Shown: piece by piece, positions 43,030-52,282 of the stretch
How the letters are laid out: each line of letters begins with the position of its first letter
How positions within the stretch are numbered: the first letter of the stretch is position 1
Origin: Octopus vulgaris
Taxonomy: Eukaryota
Reading direction: 5' to 3'
NCBI GenBank assembly: GCA_951406725.2
Contig: OX597825.1
Coordinates: forward strand, 20,770,001 to 20,834,000
DNA length: 64,000 nucleotides
Program-made: the position numbers and the translations under genes
The notes under the pieces: model-generated
Told to the model about the DNA's origin: nothing
The model's database searches: none
What the model saw: the letters and a program-made list of their open reading frames with translations, nothing else

Positions 43030-44902
43030 AAAGAAAGTAAGTTTAAAATGTAGATTATCAAATTATATTAACAAACTCCTATAACTGGATATGTAAAACT
43101 GCCAAACCTTTCATCTCCAAAAGGATGAAAGCCAAAGATAACCTCAGCAGATTTTGAACTCTGAATGTAAAGATGGACAAAATGCCACCACACACTAGTG
43201 TGCTAATGGTTCTGCTGGCTAATGGTTCTGCATGCTAATGGTTCTACTAGCTCATTGCCTTCTTAACTGCTATAAATAACAGCATGTAAATATTGGACTT
43301 ATATCTAGATAGAAAAAGTCAAAAAGGCAACACAAGATGTAGATTGTGTGCCGCAGACAACCTTCCACTTTTTTCTATCCGAAAGAATTTTTATCCAACA
43401 TTTACACTCTCCACAGTTTAAAATGAATTATTTCACATTCTCTTAGAGTTTCTAAATTTTCATGATGTGAACAAGAGAACCGTTAAAGAAGCAGTGAAAA
43501 CACATAAACAAAGCAAATAGTACAACAATAATGGTTACTCACGGCTCTTTCATACATATCAACATGTTTATCAGTAAATATCTGCAATTGTTGGAATGGA
43601 TTTACTGATATTAACACCGGCCCAATGTAAGTCTGTGATTAAGAGTTAAGGATACAAATCAAGAATATTGGCAGAAATGCCTTTCCAAATGGAAGAATAC
43701 TCTTTGTATACATGACCTGATGAAGACCAGTCTTGTTGGTTCTGACTTTAAAATCCTTAATTGCAAGATGTAGTGAAGTTGTCTCAGATATATTCCAGCC
43801 TTATTTGTTTTGGTGTTAGGAAGGGTATCAATGATATGCATAAGATCTGGTCATCAAATCTAAGTAGAAATTTCAAACTCAAAATCTTCAAAGCCACAGT
43901 CGAACCAATTCTACTATATGGCTCAGAAACCTGGATGTTATCAAAGAAGCTTGAGAGACGGTTGGATGGAACTTACACTCGCCTCCTTATGAGAGCTCAA
44001 AATCTCTCGTGGAAGCATCATCCAACCAAAGTACAAATATATGGGAAACTACCACCTGTATCATCTCTTGTGAAAGGTAGAAGAGTCCAGTTTGCTGGAC
44101 ATTGTTGTAGAGCTGAAAACGAGGTAATTTCTACTCTTCTCCTCTGGAAGCCATCTGCTTGCGATACCAGAGAGCGCACATGCTCCTACCCTGATGTAGC
44201 CGCCAGAGATACAGGCATCCAGCAACAGGACCTTTGTAATGCTGTGATGGACCATGAGGTCTGGCGTGGCACGGTAAATTCCATTGTCTCGACCACGGTC
44301 GAACAATGATGATGATGATCAAGCTGTAGAAAGCTTGAGTAGATATCAGAACTTTGTAGAGTAGACATCAGAACATTGCACTTTCATCTGGCTCACTAAC
44401 TCCTGTTGATTCATCTAACCCATGCAAGCATGGAAAAGTGGATGTGAAAATAAAGGTTATGGCAGTGGCAGCAGTGGTGACAACGGCAGTGATGATGGTG
44501 ATGATAGATTGCTGAGCAGGAAACCTCATACCGAGACACTGAGTCAGCCTCTTACTGCAGTTCTAGTCTGGATGGTTGTGACAGAGTAAACTCTGCTAAA
44601 GGTACCCCTGAACCATGCTGTGGCATTTAGTCTAATGACAGATTTAGCCTACAACTCATACACAGCAAAACAATACTAGTTTAGCAAATTCTTCTCTTTT
44701 TCATTGCCTTTTAATTCTTGATCTCTTCATATGGGCAGATGTATCGCTGGATTGTGTTACCATCGTTTGTGCTTGCATAATGAGAATTTTGCAGAATGAT
44801 GTACAAGACAAATAAGTTGGTGACCTATCCAGGAGGAGATTCATCTCACAATTTGCTAAATACTAAGTACAATCATTGTGTAAGCATGTGGTTTGAAAAT
44901 AA

Positions 44903-44947
<45 letters not shown>

Positions 44948-45000
44948 TATTATTATTATTACTATTATTATTATTATTACTATTATTATTATTATTATTA

Positions 45001-45040
<40 letters not shown>

Positions 45041-45054
45041 TATTATTATTATTA

Positions 45055-45100
<46 letters not shown>

Positions 45101-45121
45101 TATTATTATTATTATTATTAC

Positions 45122-45194
<73 letters not shown>

Positions 45195-45225
45195 GTTATT
45201 ATTATTATTACTATTATTATTATTA

Positions 45226-45265
<40 letters not shown>

Positions 45266-45475
45266 TATTATTATTATTATTGTTATTATTATTATTATTA
45301 TTATTATTGTTATTATTATTATTATTATTATTACTATTATTATTACTATTATTATTATTATTGTTATTATTATTATTATTATTATTATCATCATCATCAT
45401 CATTATTATTGTATGAATAGAACTTGAAGAGTAGAGAGAAAGAAGACAAACAGAATTATGAAGACAGAACCACAA

Positions 45476-45515
<40 letters not shown>

Positions 45516-45955
45516 GAATGAGAAAAAGTGAGTAAGGGAGTGAGGCAGAATGTAAGAGAAAGAGAGAAAATAAGAAATAGAGAGAGAGAAAACGTGAGAG
45601 AGAAGATATGTGCAAGAAAGTGAGAATGTGAAAGAAAGAATGAAAGAGAGAGAAAGAGAGAGAAAGAGAACATGAAAGAGGTAAGAGATTGAGAGACAAA
45701 GAAAGAGAGAGAGAGAAGAAAAAGAAAGAAAGTACAAGAGAGAGAAAGAGAGAGAAAGTGAGAAAGAGATAAATACAGAGAGGGAGAGAGAGGGGGGACA
45801 AAATAAAAGCCTTGTTCAAAGGATACATAGATGATTTTCTCTTTCAACCGTTTCTTAAGGTTCTCACTAATGGCTGGCACCGAGATCTTCTGTAGGAGTA
45901 CCATGTCATCCACTCCTGCATTGTGTACATTGTGGCTCTGCCAATGGTGATAAGC
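277..45955 (-). CDS. MYO1E: Unconventional myosin class I (myosin-Ie/If-like), multi-exon gene span; 19 coding exons, incomplete at the 3' end (runs off window) and start-codon exon not certain
   Basis: Spliced translation gives [24 protein letters not shown]-loop GESGAGKT, switch I NNNSSRFGK, switch [34 protein letters not shown] and IQ motif [11 protein letters not shown], colinear with vertebrate MYO1E as I recall it; all junctions GT-AG with consistent phases. Confidence 0.95.
601..768. mobile_element. Internally deleted copy of the same fold-back family
   Basis: Outer ends retained, central hammerhead region missing. Confidence 0.6.
1305..1790 (-). mobile_element. Helitron fragment (PIF1-type helicase, degenerate)
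   Basis: Translation [58 protein letters not shown] matches Helitron helicase motifs II-III; frameshifted downstream. Confidence 0.85.
4901..5787. mobile_element. Mariner/Tc1 relic with two left ends in inverted orientation
   Basis: Ends tagtttgatcaataagtatc / gaatacttattgatcagacta; minus-strand transposase N-terminal remnant [41 protein letters not shown]. Confidence 0.8.
6017..6161 (-). CDS. MYO1E: Myosin-I converter exon [48 protein letters not shown]
   Basis: 145 nt, acceptor taacag, donor gtaaga; GKTKVFIK motif. Confidence 0.95.
6255..6900. repeat. Degenerate (CAT)n trinucleotide tract
   Basis: Direct inspection; similar tracts at 23180-23560 and 29300-29860. Confidence 0.9.
7955..8262. 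repeat. Tandem triplication of about 107 bp abutting a splice donor
   Basis: Three copies of tattcaagtaatccagt..tacatgtatgtt separated by (TA)n. Confidence 0.9.
8264..8362 (-). CDS. MYO1E: Myosin-I exon [32 protein letters not shown](R)
   Basis: 99 nt, acceptor tttcag, donor gtaaag, phase 2/2. Confidence 0.95.
9081..9187 (-). CDS. MYO1E: Myosin-I exon [35 protein letters not shown](R)
   Basis: 107 nt, acceptor cttcag, donor gtaagt. Confidence 0.95.
9277..9525 (+). mobile_element. tRNA-derived SINE family D
   Basis: A box tggcttagtggttagg, B box ggtttcgattcc, body gcgatggactggcatcccatcc; closely similar copy at 63093-63340. Confidence 0.8.
10342..10423 (-). CDS. MYO1E: Myosin-I loop 2 exon (C)[27 protein letters not shown]
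   Basis: 82 nt, acceptor tttcag, donor gtttgt. Confidence 0.92.
11759..11844 (-). CDS. MYO1E: Myosin-I exon [28 protein letters not shown]
   Basis: 86 nt, acceptor ttgcag, donor gtaagt; F.DKNRD motif. Confidence 0.92.
12096..12500 (-). mobile_element. SINE family A, full-length copy
   Basis: Reverse complement of the 25480 copy. Confidence 0.85.
13108..13143 (+). ncRNA. Hammerhead-like motif, second copy of the A6U family (one change in stem III)
   Basis: CTTT-CTGTGGA-A-GAGC-gtag-GCTC-GAAA-CA-TT-AAAG. Confidence 0.5.
13956..14030 (-). CDS. MYO1E: Myosin-I exon [25 protein letters not shown]
   Basis: 75 nt, acceptor cattag, donor gtaagt; HYAG motif. Confidence 0.9.
15143..15313 (-). CDS. 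MYO1E: Myosin-I exon [26 protein letters not shown]...[20 protein letters not shown]
   Basis: 171 nt, acceptor ttgcag, donor gtgaga. Confidence 0.95.
15830..16283 (+). mobile_element. Decayed RTE-like LINE 3' fragment
   Basis: [44 protein letters not shown] followed by a degraded zinc-finger region. Confidence 0.75.
16292..16698 (-). mobile_element. SINE family A, full-length copy
   Basis: Same head, body and tail. Confidence 0.85.
16925..17385 (+). mobile_element. RTE-like LINE 3' end with inverted 5' segment
   Basis: 16925-17095 minus: [37 protein letters not shown]; 17095-17310 plus: [32 protein letters not shown]. Confidence 0.8.
17935..19040 (+). mobile_element. SINE-like family C copy with (GAT)n tail and expanded internal 60-bp minisatellite
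   Basis: 14 units containing cgtaaaa, then ggttggcgttaggaagggcatccagccgtagaaa and tail gacgttaaacgatgatgatg; family also at about 1003, 11070, 14410, 15452, 26345, 37075, 53772, 54975, 61614. Confidence 0.8.
19323..19370 (+). ncRNA. Minimal type I hammerhead motif with canonical core
   Basis: GTCT-CTGATGA-T-AGG..CCT-GAAA-AAGCTG-TA-AGAC; stem III is one change from the palindrome ACAGCTGT. Confidence 0.55.
20766..20933 (-). CDS. MYO1E: Myosin-I switch II/relay exon TINKAM...[40 protein letters not shown]
   Basis: 168 nt, acceptor ttgcag, donor gttaga. Confidence 0.95.
21600..21643 (-). ncRNA. Minimal type I hammerhead motif with canonical core, slightly decayed
   Basis: ACAC-CTGATGA-A-GACTG-acgggtatat-CAGCT-GAAA-TG-TT-GTGT; second, more decayed copy at 35285-35328 (-). 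Confidence 0.6.
22442..22638 (-). CDS. MYO1E: Myosin-I exon (F)[11 protein letters not shown]...[40 protein letters not shown]
   Basis: 197 nt, acceptor ttatag, donor gtaagc; RDALSKALY motif. Confidence 0.93.
22765..23045. repeat. AT-rich palindrome upstream of the 22638 acceptor
   Basis: taaattagagataaaac..acagtgatagacataaa / tttatgtctatcactgt..gttttatctctaattta. Confidence 0.85.
23823..25035 (-). mobile_element. SINE family B tandem array (six units of about 180-220 bp) nested in a family A SINE
   Basis: Repeated cccacaaggggctaaacacagaggggacaaacaagg..gaatttgaactcagaac; single complete head at right end. Confidence 0.85.
25130..25262 (-). CDS. MYO1E: Myosin-I exon [44 protein letters not shown]
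   Basis: 133 nt, acceptor tttcag, donor gtaagt; [11 protein letters not shown] motif. Confidence 0.93.
25480..25888 (+). mobile_element. tRNA-derived SINE family A, full-length copy
   Basis: Head ggcacaggagtggctgtgtggtaag, B-box-like gggttcagtccc, tail gaaacaagtaaaagagtaaaagag; more than 15 copies or fragments in window. Confidence 0.85.
28805..28842 (-). ncRNA. Minimal type I hammerhead-like motif with A6U core variant
   Basis: TCTTT-CTGTTGA-A-GAGC-gtag-GCTC-GAAA-CG-TT-AAAGA; related copies at 13108-13143 (+) and about 53633-53665 (+). Confidence 0.6.
29169..29272 (-). CDS. MYO1E: Myosin-I exon (E)[34 protein letters not shown]
   Basis: 104 nt, acceptor tttcag, donor gtaggt, phase 1/0. 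Confidence 0.92.
29921..30005 (-). CDS. MYO1E: Myosin-I exon [28 protein letters not shown]
   Basis: 85 nt, acceptor ttaaag, donor gtgaat; [10 protein letters not shown] motif. Confidence 0.93.
30110..31105 (-). mobile_element. SINE family B cluster/tandem array
   Basis: Three tandem units 30268-30873 plus flanking related copies. Confidence 0.8.
31218..31295 (-). CDS. MYO1E: Myosin-I exon [26 protein letters not shown]
   Basis: 78 nt, acceptor tttcag, donor gtaaga. Confidence 0.93.
32072..32460 (-). mobile_element. Probable LINE 3' end/UTR fragment inserted in a GATA microsatellite
   Basis: Minus-strand end gcagccctgtgtggctaataaagaaacata resembles the 3' tail of SINE family B; flanked by a duplicated microsatellite block. 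Confidence 0.45.
33885..33974 (-). CDS. MYO1E: Myosin-I switch I exon [30 protein letters not shown]
   Basis: 90 nt, acceptor ttgcag, donor gtaagt. Confidence 0.95.
34146..34746 (+). mobile_element. SINE family B trimer with one target-site duplication
   Basis: One head and three bodies; agatagcttc(g/a)gatgtgt on both flanks. Confidence 0.85.
35510..36030 (+). mobile_element. Decayed CR1/L2-like LINE fragment
   Basis: [32 protein letters not shown] resembles the post-RT region of CR1-group LINEs. Confidence 0.6.
36670..36925 (-). mobile_element. Decayed RTE-like LINE RT fragment
   Basis: EYVYLG followed by [31 protein letters not shown]. Confidence 0.55.
37353..37440 (-). CDS. MYO1E: Myosin-I P-loop exon [29 protein letters not shown]
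   Basis: 88 nt, acceptor gacag, donor gtaagc, phase 2/0. Confidence 0.95.
37497..37850. mobile_element. Fold-back repeat, probably a Penelope-like element terminal remnant, carrying a hammerhead-like motif in each arm
   Basis: Inverted arms of about 135 bp centred near 37706; same family at 601-768, 28176-28280, 47201-47567 and 52283-52510. Confidence 0.65.
37724..37774 (+). ncRNA. Minimal type I hammerhead-like ribozyme with G3:C8 core variant
   Basis: TTTGTCA-GTGAACA-G-GTCGC-ggtctcaaa-GCGAC-GAAA-ATAT-TT-TGACAAA: 7-bp stem I, 5-bp stem II, palindromic stem III (AATATT). Confidence 0.65.
38050..38570 (-). mobile_element. Heavily decayed LINE fragment (CR1-like)
   Basis: Non-repetitive stretch with SYPE-type post-RT remnant; many stops and frameshifts. 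Confidence 0.35.
39400..39494 (-). CDS. MYO1E: Myosin-I exon [31 protein letters not shown](S)
   Basis: 95 nt, acceptor ttgtag, donor gtatgt, phase 0/2. Confidence 0.93.
39920..39984 (+). pseudogene. tRNA-Gln-like pseudogene, 5' acceptor strand missing, anticodon reads CCG
   Basis: tggtgtaatggtgagcactctgaact-ccg-aatccagcgatctgagttcgactctcggtagaacct matches the eukaryotic tRNA-Gln body. Confidence 0.8.
40972..41156. repeat. Palindrome, arms about 84 bp, embedded in (TA)n
   Basis: aaatacaataagaggcttccaaatagg.. / ..cctatttggaagcctcttattgtattt. Confidence 0.9.
43543..43632 (-). CDS. MYO1E: Myosin-I exon [30 protein letters not shown]
   Basis: 90 nt, acceptor cacag preceded by TCCTTAAC, donor gtgagt; conserved [12 protein letters not shown]. 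Confidence 0.93.
43824..44320 (+). mobile_element. 5'-truncated RTE-like LINE 3' end with (GAT)n tail, inside the U12 intron
   Basis: [42 protein letters not shown], stop followed by gatgatgat. Confidence 0.85.
44905..45410. repeat. (ATT)n microsatellite of about 500 bp
   Basis: Direct inspection. Confidence 0.95.
45827..45955 (-). CDS. MYO1E: Myosin-I exon [43 protein letters not shown]
   Basis: 129 nt, acceptor tttcag, donor GTATCCTTT (U12-type), phase 0/0. Confidence 0.93.
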
Positions 45956-46202
45956 CTGAAATGAGAAAATGGTAAGGTTAGAGACAGAGTGAGAGAGAGA
46001 AAGGCTTTGGGGAATTTGGAAATGGAATTAGAGAAGGAGGAATGATAGGGAAAGAGTGACATAAAGAGAGAGAGAGGGAGAGAGAGAGGGAGAGAGAGAA
46101 AGGGAAAGAGAGAGAGGGAGAGAGAAAGGGAGAGAGAGAAAGGCTTTGGGGAATTGGAAATGGAATTAGAGAAAGAGGAATGATAGTGAAAGAGTGACAT
46201 AA

Positions 46203-46233
<31 letters not shown>

Positions 46234-47200
46234 GAGAGAGAGAAAGAGAGAGAGAGAAAGGGAGAGAGAGAAAGGGAGAGAGAGAGAGGGAGAGAGAGAG
46301 TCAGGGGGCTTATATAGAGGGGGAAATAGAGAGTTTGAGAGATGGAGAGATTGGATTGTGAGATTGGTTGGATACAGAGGGAAAAGGGCAACAGGCAAGA
46401 GGGAGGGAGAAATTCGTTATTGAATGAAGTTTATAGCTATAGAGAGAGAGGAGGGGGAAAGAGAGAGGGAAGAAAGAAAAGAAAATGAGATGAGACAGAA
46501 AGGACAGAAAGAAAAAAGAAGGAAAGAAAAACAATCAATAGGAAAAAAAGCCAAAAGTAAATAATGAAAGAAAGAAAGAAAGAAGGAAGGAAAGAAAGAA
46601 CGAAAGAAAGAAAGAAAGAAAGAACGAAAGGAAAGAAGGAAGGAAGGAAGGAAGAAAGAAAGAATGAAAGAAAGAATGAAAGAAAGAACGAAAGAAAGAA
46701 TGAAAGAAAGAAAGAAAGAAATAGAGAAAGAAAGAACGAAAGACAGAACGAAAGAAAGAATGAAAGAAAGAACGAAAGAAACAAAGAAAGAAAGAATGAA
46801 AGAAAAAGAAAGAAAGAAAGAAAGAAAAAAGAAAGAAACTGTAAGATAACAAACAAAACAAAAGATAAAGTACAAATAAAAAATAGATAAGAGAGAGGGG
46901 AAAATATTGTAAACAATGGAAAACAGGATGAGAAAAATAAATATAAAGACAAACAGAAAAAAAAAACAAAAACAAAAACAAAAAAAACATTTGCTAAAAA
47001 TGGGTTTAAAAGTATTGATTTTTTTCAGATAGGTACAGGGCCTAAAATGTAGGGAGAGATCGATTTAGTCCAATGTATTGGTCCAAGAATTTAACTGGTA
47101 TTAAATTCAACGACCTCAGGAGGATAAATAGCACAATAGACTTTGGTAGGAATTGAACTCAGGATTGCACATGATTATGTACAAGGAGGTATTTTATCTA

Positions 47201-47567
47201 TTACGGAGATGTACTTGCATAGCAAGTGATTTGATCTGATCTGAGATTGTGTGCTGAAACGAAAACAATTGCAGCGCGGAAGGTGTTTGTAAGCGCCATT
47301 TAAGAAACACACAAAAACCGTTCGATTCACTTCAACATTTAAGTTTAATTTGTCAAAATATTTTCGTTGCTTTAAGACCGTGACCTGTTCACTGACAAAA
47401 ATCTGTGCTACATCTCGGATTTGCAGCACAGATTTTTGTCAGGGAACAGGTCGCGGTCTTAAAGCGACGAAAATATTTTGACAAATTAAACTTAAATGTT
47501 GAAGTGAATCGAACGGTTTTTGTGTGTTTCTTAAATGGCGCTTACAAACACCTTCCACACTGCAATT
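47201..47567. mobile_element. Fold-back repeat, second long copy of the G3:C8 hammerhead family
   Basis: Same ttacggagatgtacttgcatagcaagtga start; inverted arms centred near 47417. Confidence 0.65.
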
Positions 47568-47919
47568 GTGGTATTTTATCTATTCCCTTGCTAATTCTGC
47601 CAATTTATTATGAAAATGTTAAAATTAGATGATGTGTATTGTTAAAAATAGACATGGGATGATAAAAACAGATGTCAAATTTTTGAAATAGATGGAAAAC
47701 AAAGAAATTAGATGTCAAATGCTAAGAAAAAAGAAAAAAATGGCTGGAAAGTAAATTTCTGGCTGTGTGGTATCATGTTAGCTTTCCAACTACGTGGTTT
47801 TGGTTTCAGTTCTATTGTCTGACATCATGGGTACAGTGTCTTCCATTATAGCCCCAGGTCGACAAATGCCTTGTAAGTGGATTTGGTAGATGGAAACTGA
47901 AAGAAGTCTACCGTGTATG

Positions 47920-47951
<32 letters not shown>

Positions 47952-48226
47952 AATATATGCCTGTGTTTTTGTGTCGTTCCTACTATAATCACAAGGCTTG
48001 AAATTTGGGAGAAGGGGTATCGACCTCAATACGCAACTGGTACTTATTTTATCGACCCCTAAAGGATGAAAAGCAAAGTTGACCTTAACGGAATTGGAAC
48101 TCAGATCATAATGATGATGTTTTTGTTGTTGCAGTTGTTGTTTAACCGTGAGTCAGCCCTGATAGTGCGGACCTATATTAAAACTTGTTCCAGTCATGAC
48201 CATCCCAGTTTATATATATATATATA

Positions 48227-48621
48227 TACTCTTTTAATTGTTTCAGTCATTTGACCATGGCCATGCTGAAGCACCGCCTTTTTAATCGAGCAACTCGACC
48301 CCGGGACTTATTCTTTGTAAGCCCAGTACTTATTCTATCGGTCTCTTTTGCCAAACCGCTAAGTTACGGGGACATAAACACACCACCATCGGTTGTCAAG
48401 CAATGCTAGGGTGACAAACACAGACACACAAACACACATATATATATATACATATATACGACAGGCTTCTTTCAGTTTCCGTCTACCAAATCCACTCACA
48501 AGGCTTTGGTCGGCCCGAGGCTATAGTAGAAGACACTTGCCCAAGGTGCCACGCAGTGGGACTGAACCCGGAAACATGTGGTTGGTAAACAAGCTACTTA
48601 CCACACAGCCACTCCTGCGCC

Positions 48622-48622
<1 letters not shown>
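48227..48622 (-). mobile_element. SINE family A, full-length copy
   Basis: Same head, body and tail. Confidence 0.85.
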
Positions 48623-48661
<39 letters not shown>

Positions 48662-48825
48662 AACAGTATATCTAGGTATATTACTTCAATCCCTCTTCTT
48701 CTTTCAAGACAGTTAGGTAGGAGATGATTCAAGGGAGATTTAGCTGCTATTTTTAACCACGGAGAGCTTCTTTCTACTGCTGCTGCTGCTGCTGTTGTTG
48801 TTGTTGTTGTTGTTGGTGGTGGTGG

Positions 48826-48856
<31 letters not shown>

Positions 48857-49123
48857 AGTGTTGGTGATGGTGGTGGTGGATTGTTAATGTTGACATTGTT
48901 GTTGATATTTTTGATGTTATTGTTGTCATTGTGGTAATGGAGAGTAGTGGTGGCCATGATGGTGGTGGTGGTGGTGGCAGCAGTGCCAGTTGCGGTGATG
49001 GTTGATGATGTTATTGTCAAAATTATTGTACTTGTAGTTGTGAATACTGTTGCTGTCTTCTTCTTCTTCTTCTTCTTCTTCTTCTTCTTCTTCTTCTTCT
49101 TCTTCTTCTTCTTCTTCTTCTCT

Positions 49124-49192
<69 letters not shown>

Positions 49193-50272
49193 TTCTTCTT
49201 CTTCTTCTTCTTCTTCTTCTTCCAGTCAGGACTCGCGCCATTAGCCACAAAGAATAATCTCTAATTCGAGCCTACTCTAAGCTACTAAGAGTGCGCGTGA
49301 CAACTTGAAGATCCACCCACCACACGCGATAGACTGGCGGTTGCACGGGCGCGAAAGCTACGTTGTTATCCTCATTCTGTAAACGGTGGGTTTTAACGGG
49401 TGGAGAGCTGAACCATCCTGGGCTACAGAGGATTCGCAATCTAGATTGGGGTCTGAAAGTTTACCACACCATAGTGGGTTACACCATGGTTCCTCTGCTT
49501 TGAGGCAGAAGTAGGAAGAAAGAGTGAGAGAAAGTTGTGGTGAAAGAGTACAGCGAGGTTCACCCTCCACTCCCCGCTGGTGCCTCGTGGAGCTTAGGTG
49601 TTTTTTGCTCAATAAACACTCACAATGCCCGGTCTGGGAATCGAAACTGCATTCTTACGACCGCGAGTCCACTGCCCTAACCACTGGGCCATTGCGCCTC
49701 CTGCTGTTGCTGTTGTTGGTGTTGCTGCTGCTGTTGCTGCTGCTGCTACTGCATCTGTTGTGTTTTTAGCTAGCAAAGGTGAGCTCTAAATAAGAAAACC
49801 TACAATGGTATGATATGCTGGGCTATGGCCTCTAAGAGTAAAGTTGAAAAAGTTTGACACGCTGACATTCGCATTTATTATATTAGATAATTATTTGTTT
49901 TCATTAATCACTGAGCCTTATTATTAATAATGCTTTTGTTTTTGTGGTGGGAAGGTTACATTTGTTTTGGCTAAATGAGAGACACCGCAATGTTGTGATA
50001 ATGTTGGAACAGCAAATGGAAGTGTTGTAACAATGCTTTTGTATTGCGAATAATTCTGAGTAGAACAGATAGTGTTATAATAAATACTATGAAGTGTTGC
50101 AGACATTTCTGTGACAAATAATGTTGTGAGCATTCTAATAATATTGCTATGATAATGTTGAAGATATGTCTGTGTGTGGCAGTGTTGTTACAATAATGTT
50201 GTAATGGTGTTTATATGATAGAGTTGTAGGTATTTCTGAGTGGGACAAATAGCAACAAATAGTGTTGTAATA

Positions 50273-50506
50273 AGGCGGCGAGCTGGCAGAAACGTTAGCA
50301 CGCCGGGCGAAATGCTTAGCAGTATTTCGTCCCTCGCTGTGTTCTGAGTTCAAATTCCACCAAGGTCAACTTTGCCTTTCATCCTTTCGGGGTCGATAAA
50401 TTAAGTTCCAGTTATGCACTGGGGGGGTCGATGTGATTGACTTAATCTGTTTGTCTGCCCTTGTTTGTCCCCTCTATGTTTAGTCCCTTGTGGGCAATAA
50501 AGAAAT
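50273..50506 (+). mobile_element. tRNA-derived SINE family B, monomer with target-site duplication
   Basis: Head ggcggcgagctggcagaaacgttagc, gagttcaaattcc box, gcctttcatcctttcggggtcgataaa core, tail aataaagaaata; flanking repeat aatagtgttgtaata on both sides. Confidence 0.85.
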
Positions 50507-51215
50507 AAAATAGTGTTGTAATAAATACTCTGAAGTGATGCAGACATTTCTGTGACAAATATTGTTGTGAACATTGTAATAATAATGCTATGATAATGTC
50601 GAAGATATGTCTGAGTGTGGCAGTGTTGTTACAATAATGTTGTAACGGTGTTTATATGATAGAGCAGTAGGTATTTCTGAGTGAGACAAATAATGATGTT
50701 ACAGGCATAATAATGCTGTTATGATAATATTGAAATAGTGTTTTTTATGATAGAGTTGTAGATATATCTGAGCAGGAGAAATAGTATTGTTAGGATAGTA
50801 CTATGATAACCCCGTCTACCAAAAGCACAAGGCCTGAAATTTGTGGGGAGGGGACAAGTCAATTACATCGACCCCAGTGTTTCACTGGTACTTAATTTAT
50901 CGACCCCCAAAAGGATGAAATGCAAAGTTTACCTCAGTGGAATTTGAACTTAAGAACGTAGCAATGAGTGAAATACTTCTAAGCGTTTCATCCAGCATGC
51001 TAATGATTCTGCCAACATGTCACCGTATGATATTACCATAATAATGTTCTGGAGTGCTATAGATATTTCTGAGTGGAACAGATAATGGTGTAATGATAGT
51101 GCTGTGATAGTGTTCCGTAAGTGCTGTAGATATTTCTGAATGTTTAGGATGTGCGTATACATAATACAAGATGCTGTTCGGATTGGAATATCTCTACAGA
51201 AATAATAAACTATAC

Positions 51216-51305
51216 CTCTTTGATAAAAGGCTGGTGCTTCATTTCCAGTAATTTTGTTTCGTTGTGCAAGGTGGCCTGCACAGCAGCGATCTGCGCAGAA
51301 GCAAT
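51216..51305 (-). CDS. Candidate first coding exon of the myosin (ATG at 51242, MKHQPFIKE, phase 0 donor)
   Basis: Non-repetitive 90-nt open segment between AG (51306-51307) and GAG|gtatag; splices in frame to [10 protein letters not shown]; no homology support, weak pyrimidine tract. Confidence 0.3.
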
Positions 51306-51639
51306 CTAAGATGACGTGAAGCTTGTGGCTGTGATGCTGTGTTGCAATGACAACAACAACAGCGACAGCAACAACAACACTAGTACTAGTAGCAGTAGTA
51401 GTATAATAGTAGTAATGTTTAATGAAATAATGACATGTGCCAAGCTTTGTTCCTGAAAGCTCACATGCCATCATCTAAACTTAATCCAATCAGTCGCAGT
51501 AACTCTGAAAAGTTGCTTTACCAACCTGATGTATTTATGAGATTATAGGATTACCTTTGTCGCAAACAGATTTCATGAGAAAACTTTCATTATAACATAA
51601 CAGTGTAAACTGTTCAATTAATTGATTGATATATATAGA

Positions 51640-52260
51640 CAGATTAATTTATTTATTGTTTGATTGATCTCATGTTTCTGAGAAGGACACTCAAGGAGAC
51701 AGAATTTTTTTCCTTCCTGTTCTTGTTTGTAATATCTCTTGCAATGCCCTCCCTGTATACTCCACAAACTCATGAGGGAGATTTTAATACAAGCATAAAT
51801 GAAGTTACTTGCTAAAGAATAATATTTATTCTTTTTGAAAACAACTTGTAAATTCAAGTGCTACTAGTTGAAGGCTCCACATAATGGATGCTAGCAAGTT
51901 TATAGGGTCATCAGGAGAGAATGCACGCCATTACAGATCCAACCTTTCAATGGCATCATTACACACCAGCCCCCCTCACTGTAATGAGGCCCCACTTGCT
52001 AGATCAACTGGTTATCAGATTTTGCTCAATATTCTTCTGGCCATTGCTCATCATCTCTTTTTAACCAAATCCAGTGACTAGCCTTTTCTACTGTAGTCTT
52101 GATATCACTCATGGTAGTATTTGCTTTACAAGGAGTTAGGCCTAATAACAACAACAACAGTTGCTTCACACAGTGTCCAATAAATCCTCCACATCCAACT
52201 TCAATTGGAAAATGCTCTGCTTTCCAGCCTACGTCTTCACATTCTTCAAGGGGATTTACA
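51640..52260 (-). mobile_element. Decayed non-LTR retrotransposon fragment with restriction-like endonuclease motif (HERO/NeSL-like)
   Basis: LEECEDVGWKAEHFPIEVGCGGFIG at about 52175-52250 matches the PVEVGCRGF motif; left boundary approximate. Confidence 0.55.
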
Positions 52261-52282
52261 TAGTGCTATTATAATACTATTT

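Larger units (their letters stand above)
43633..45826 (-). other. U12-type (minor spliceosome) GT-AG intron, 2194 bp
   Basis: 5' splice site GTATCCTTT; branch point TCCTTAAC at 43645-43652, with 12 nt to the end of the intron; no long pyrimidine tract. Confidence 0.9.

Noticed and set aside
44873-45913. 346-aa ORF starting MDDMVLL
   Set aside because: Read-through from the exon across the U12 donor into microsatellites
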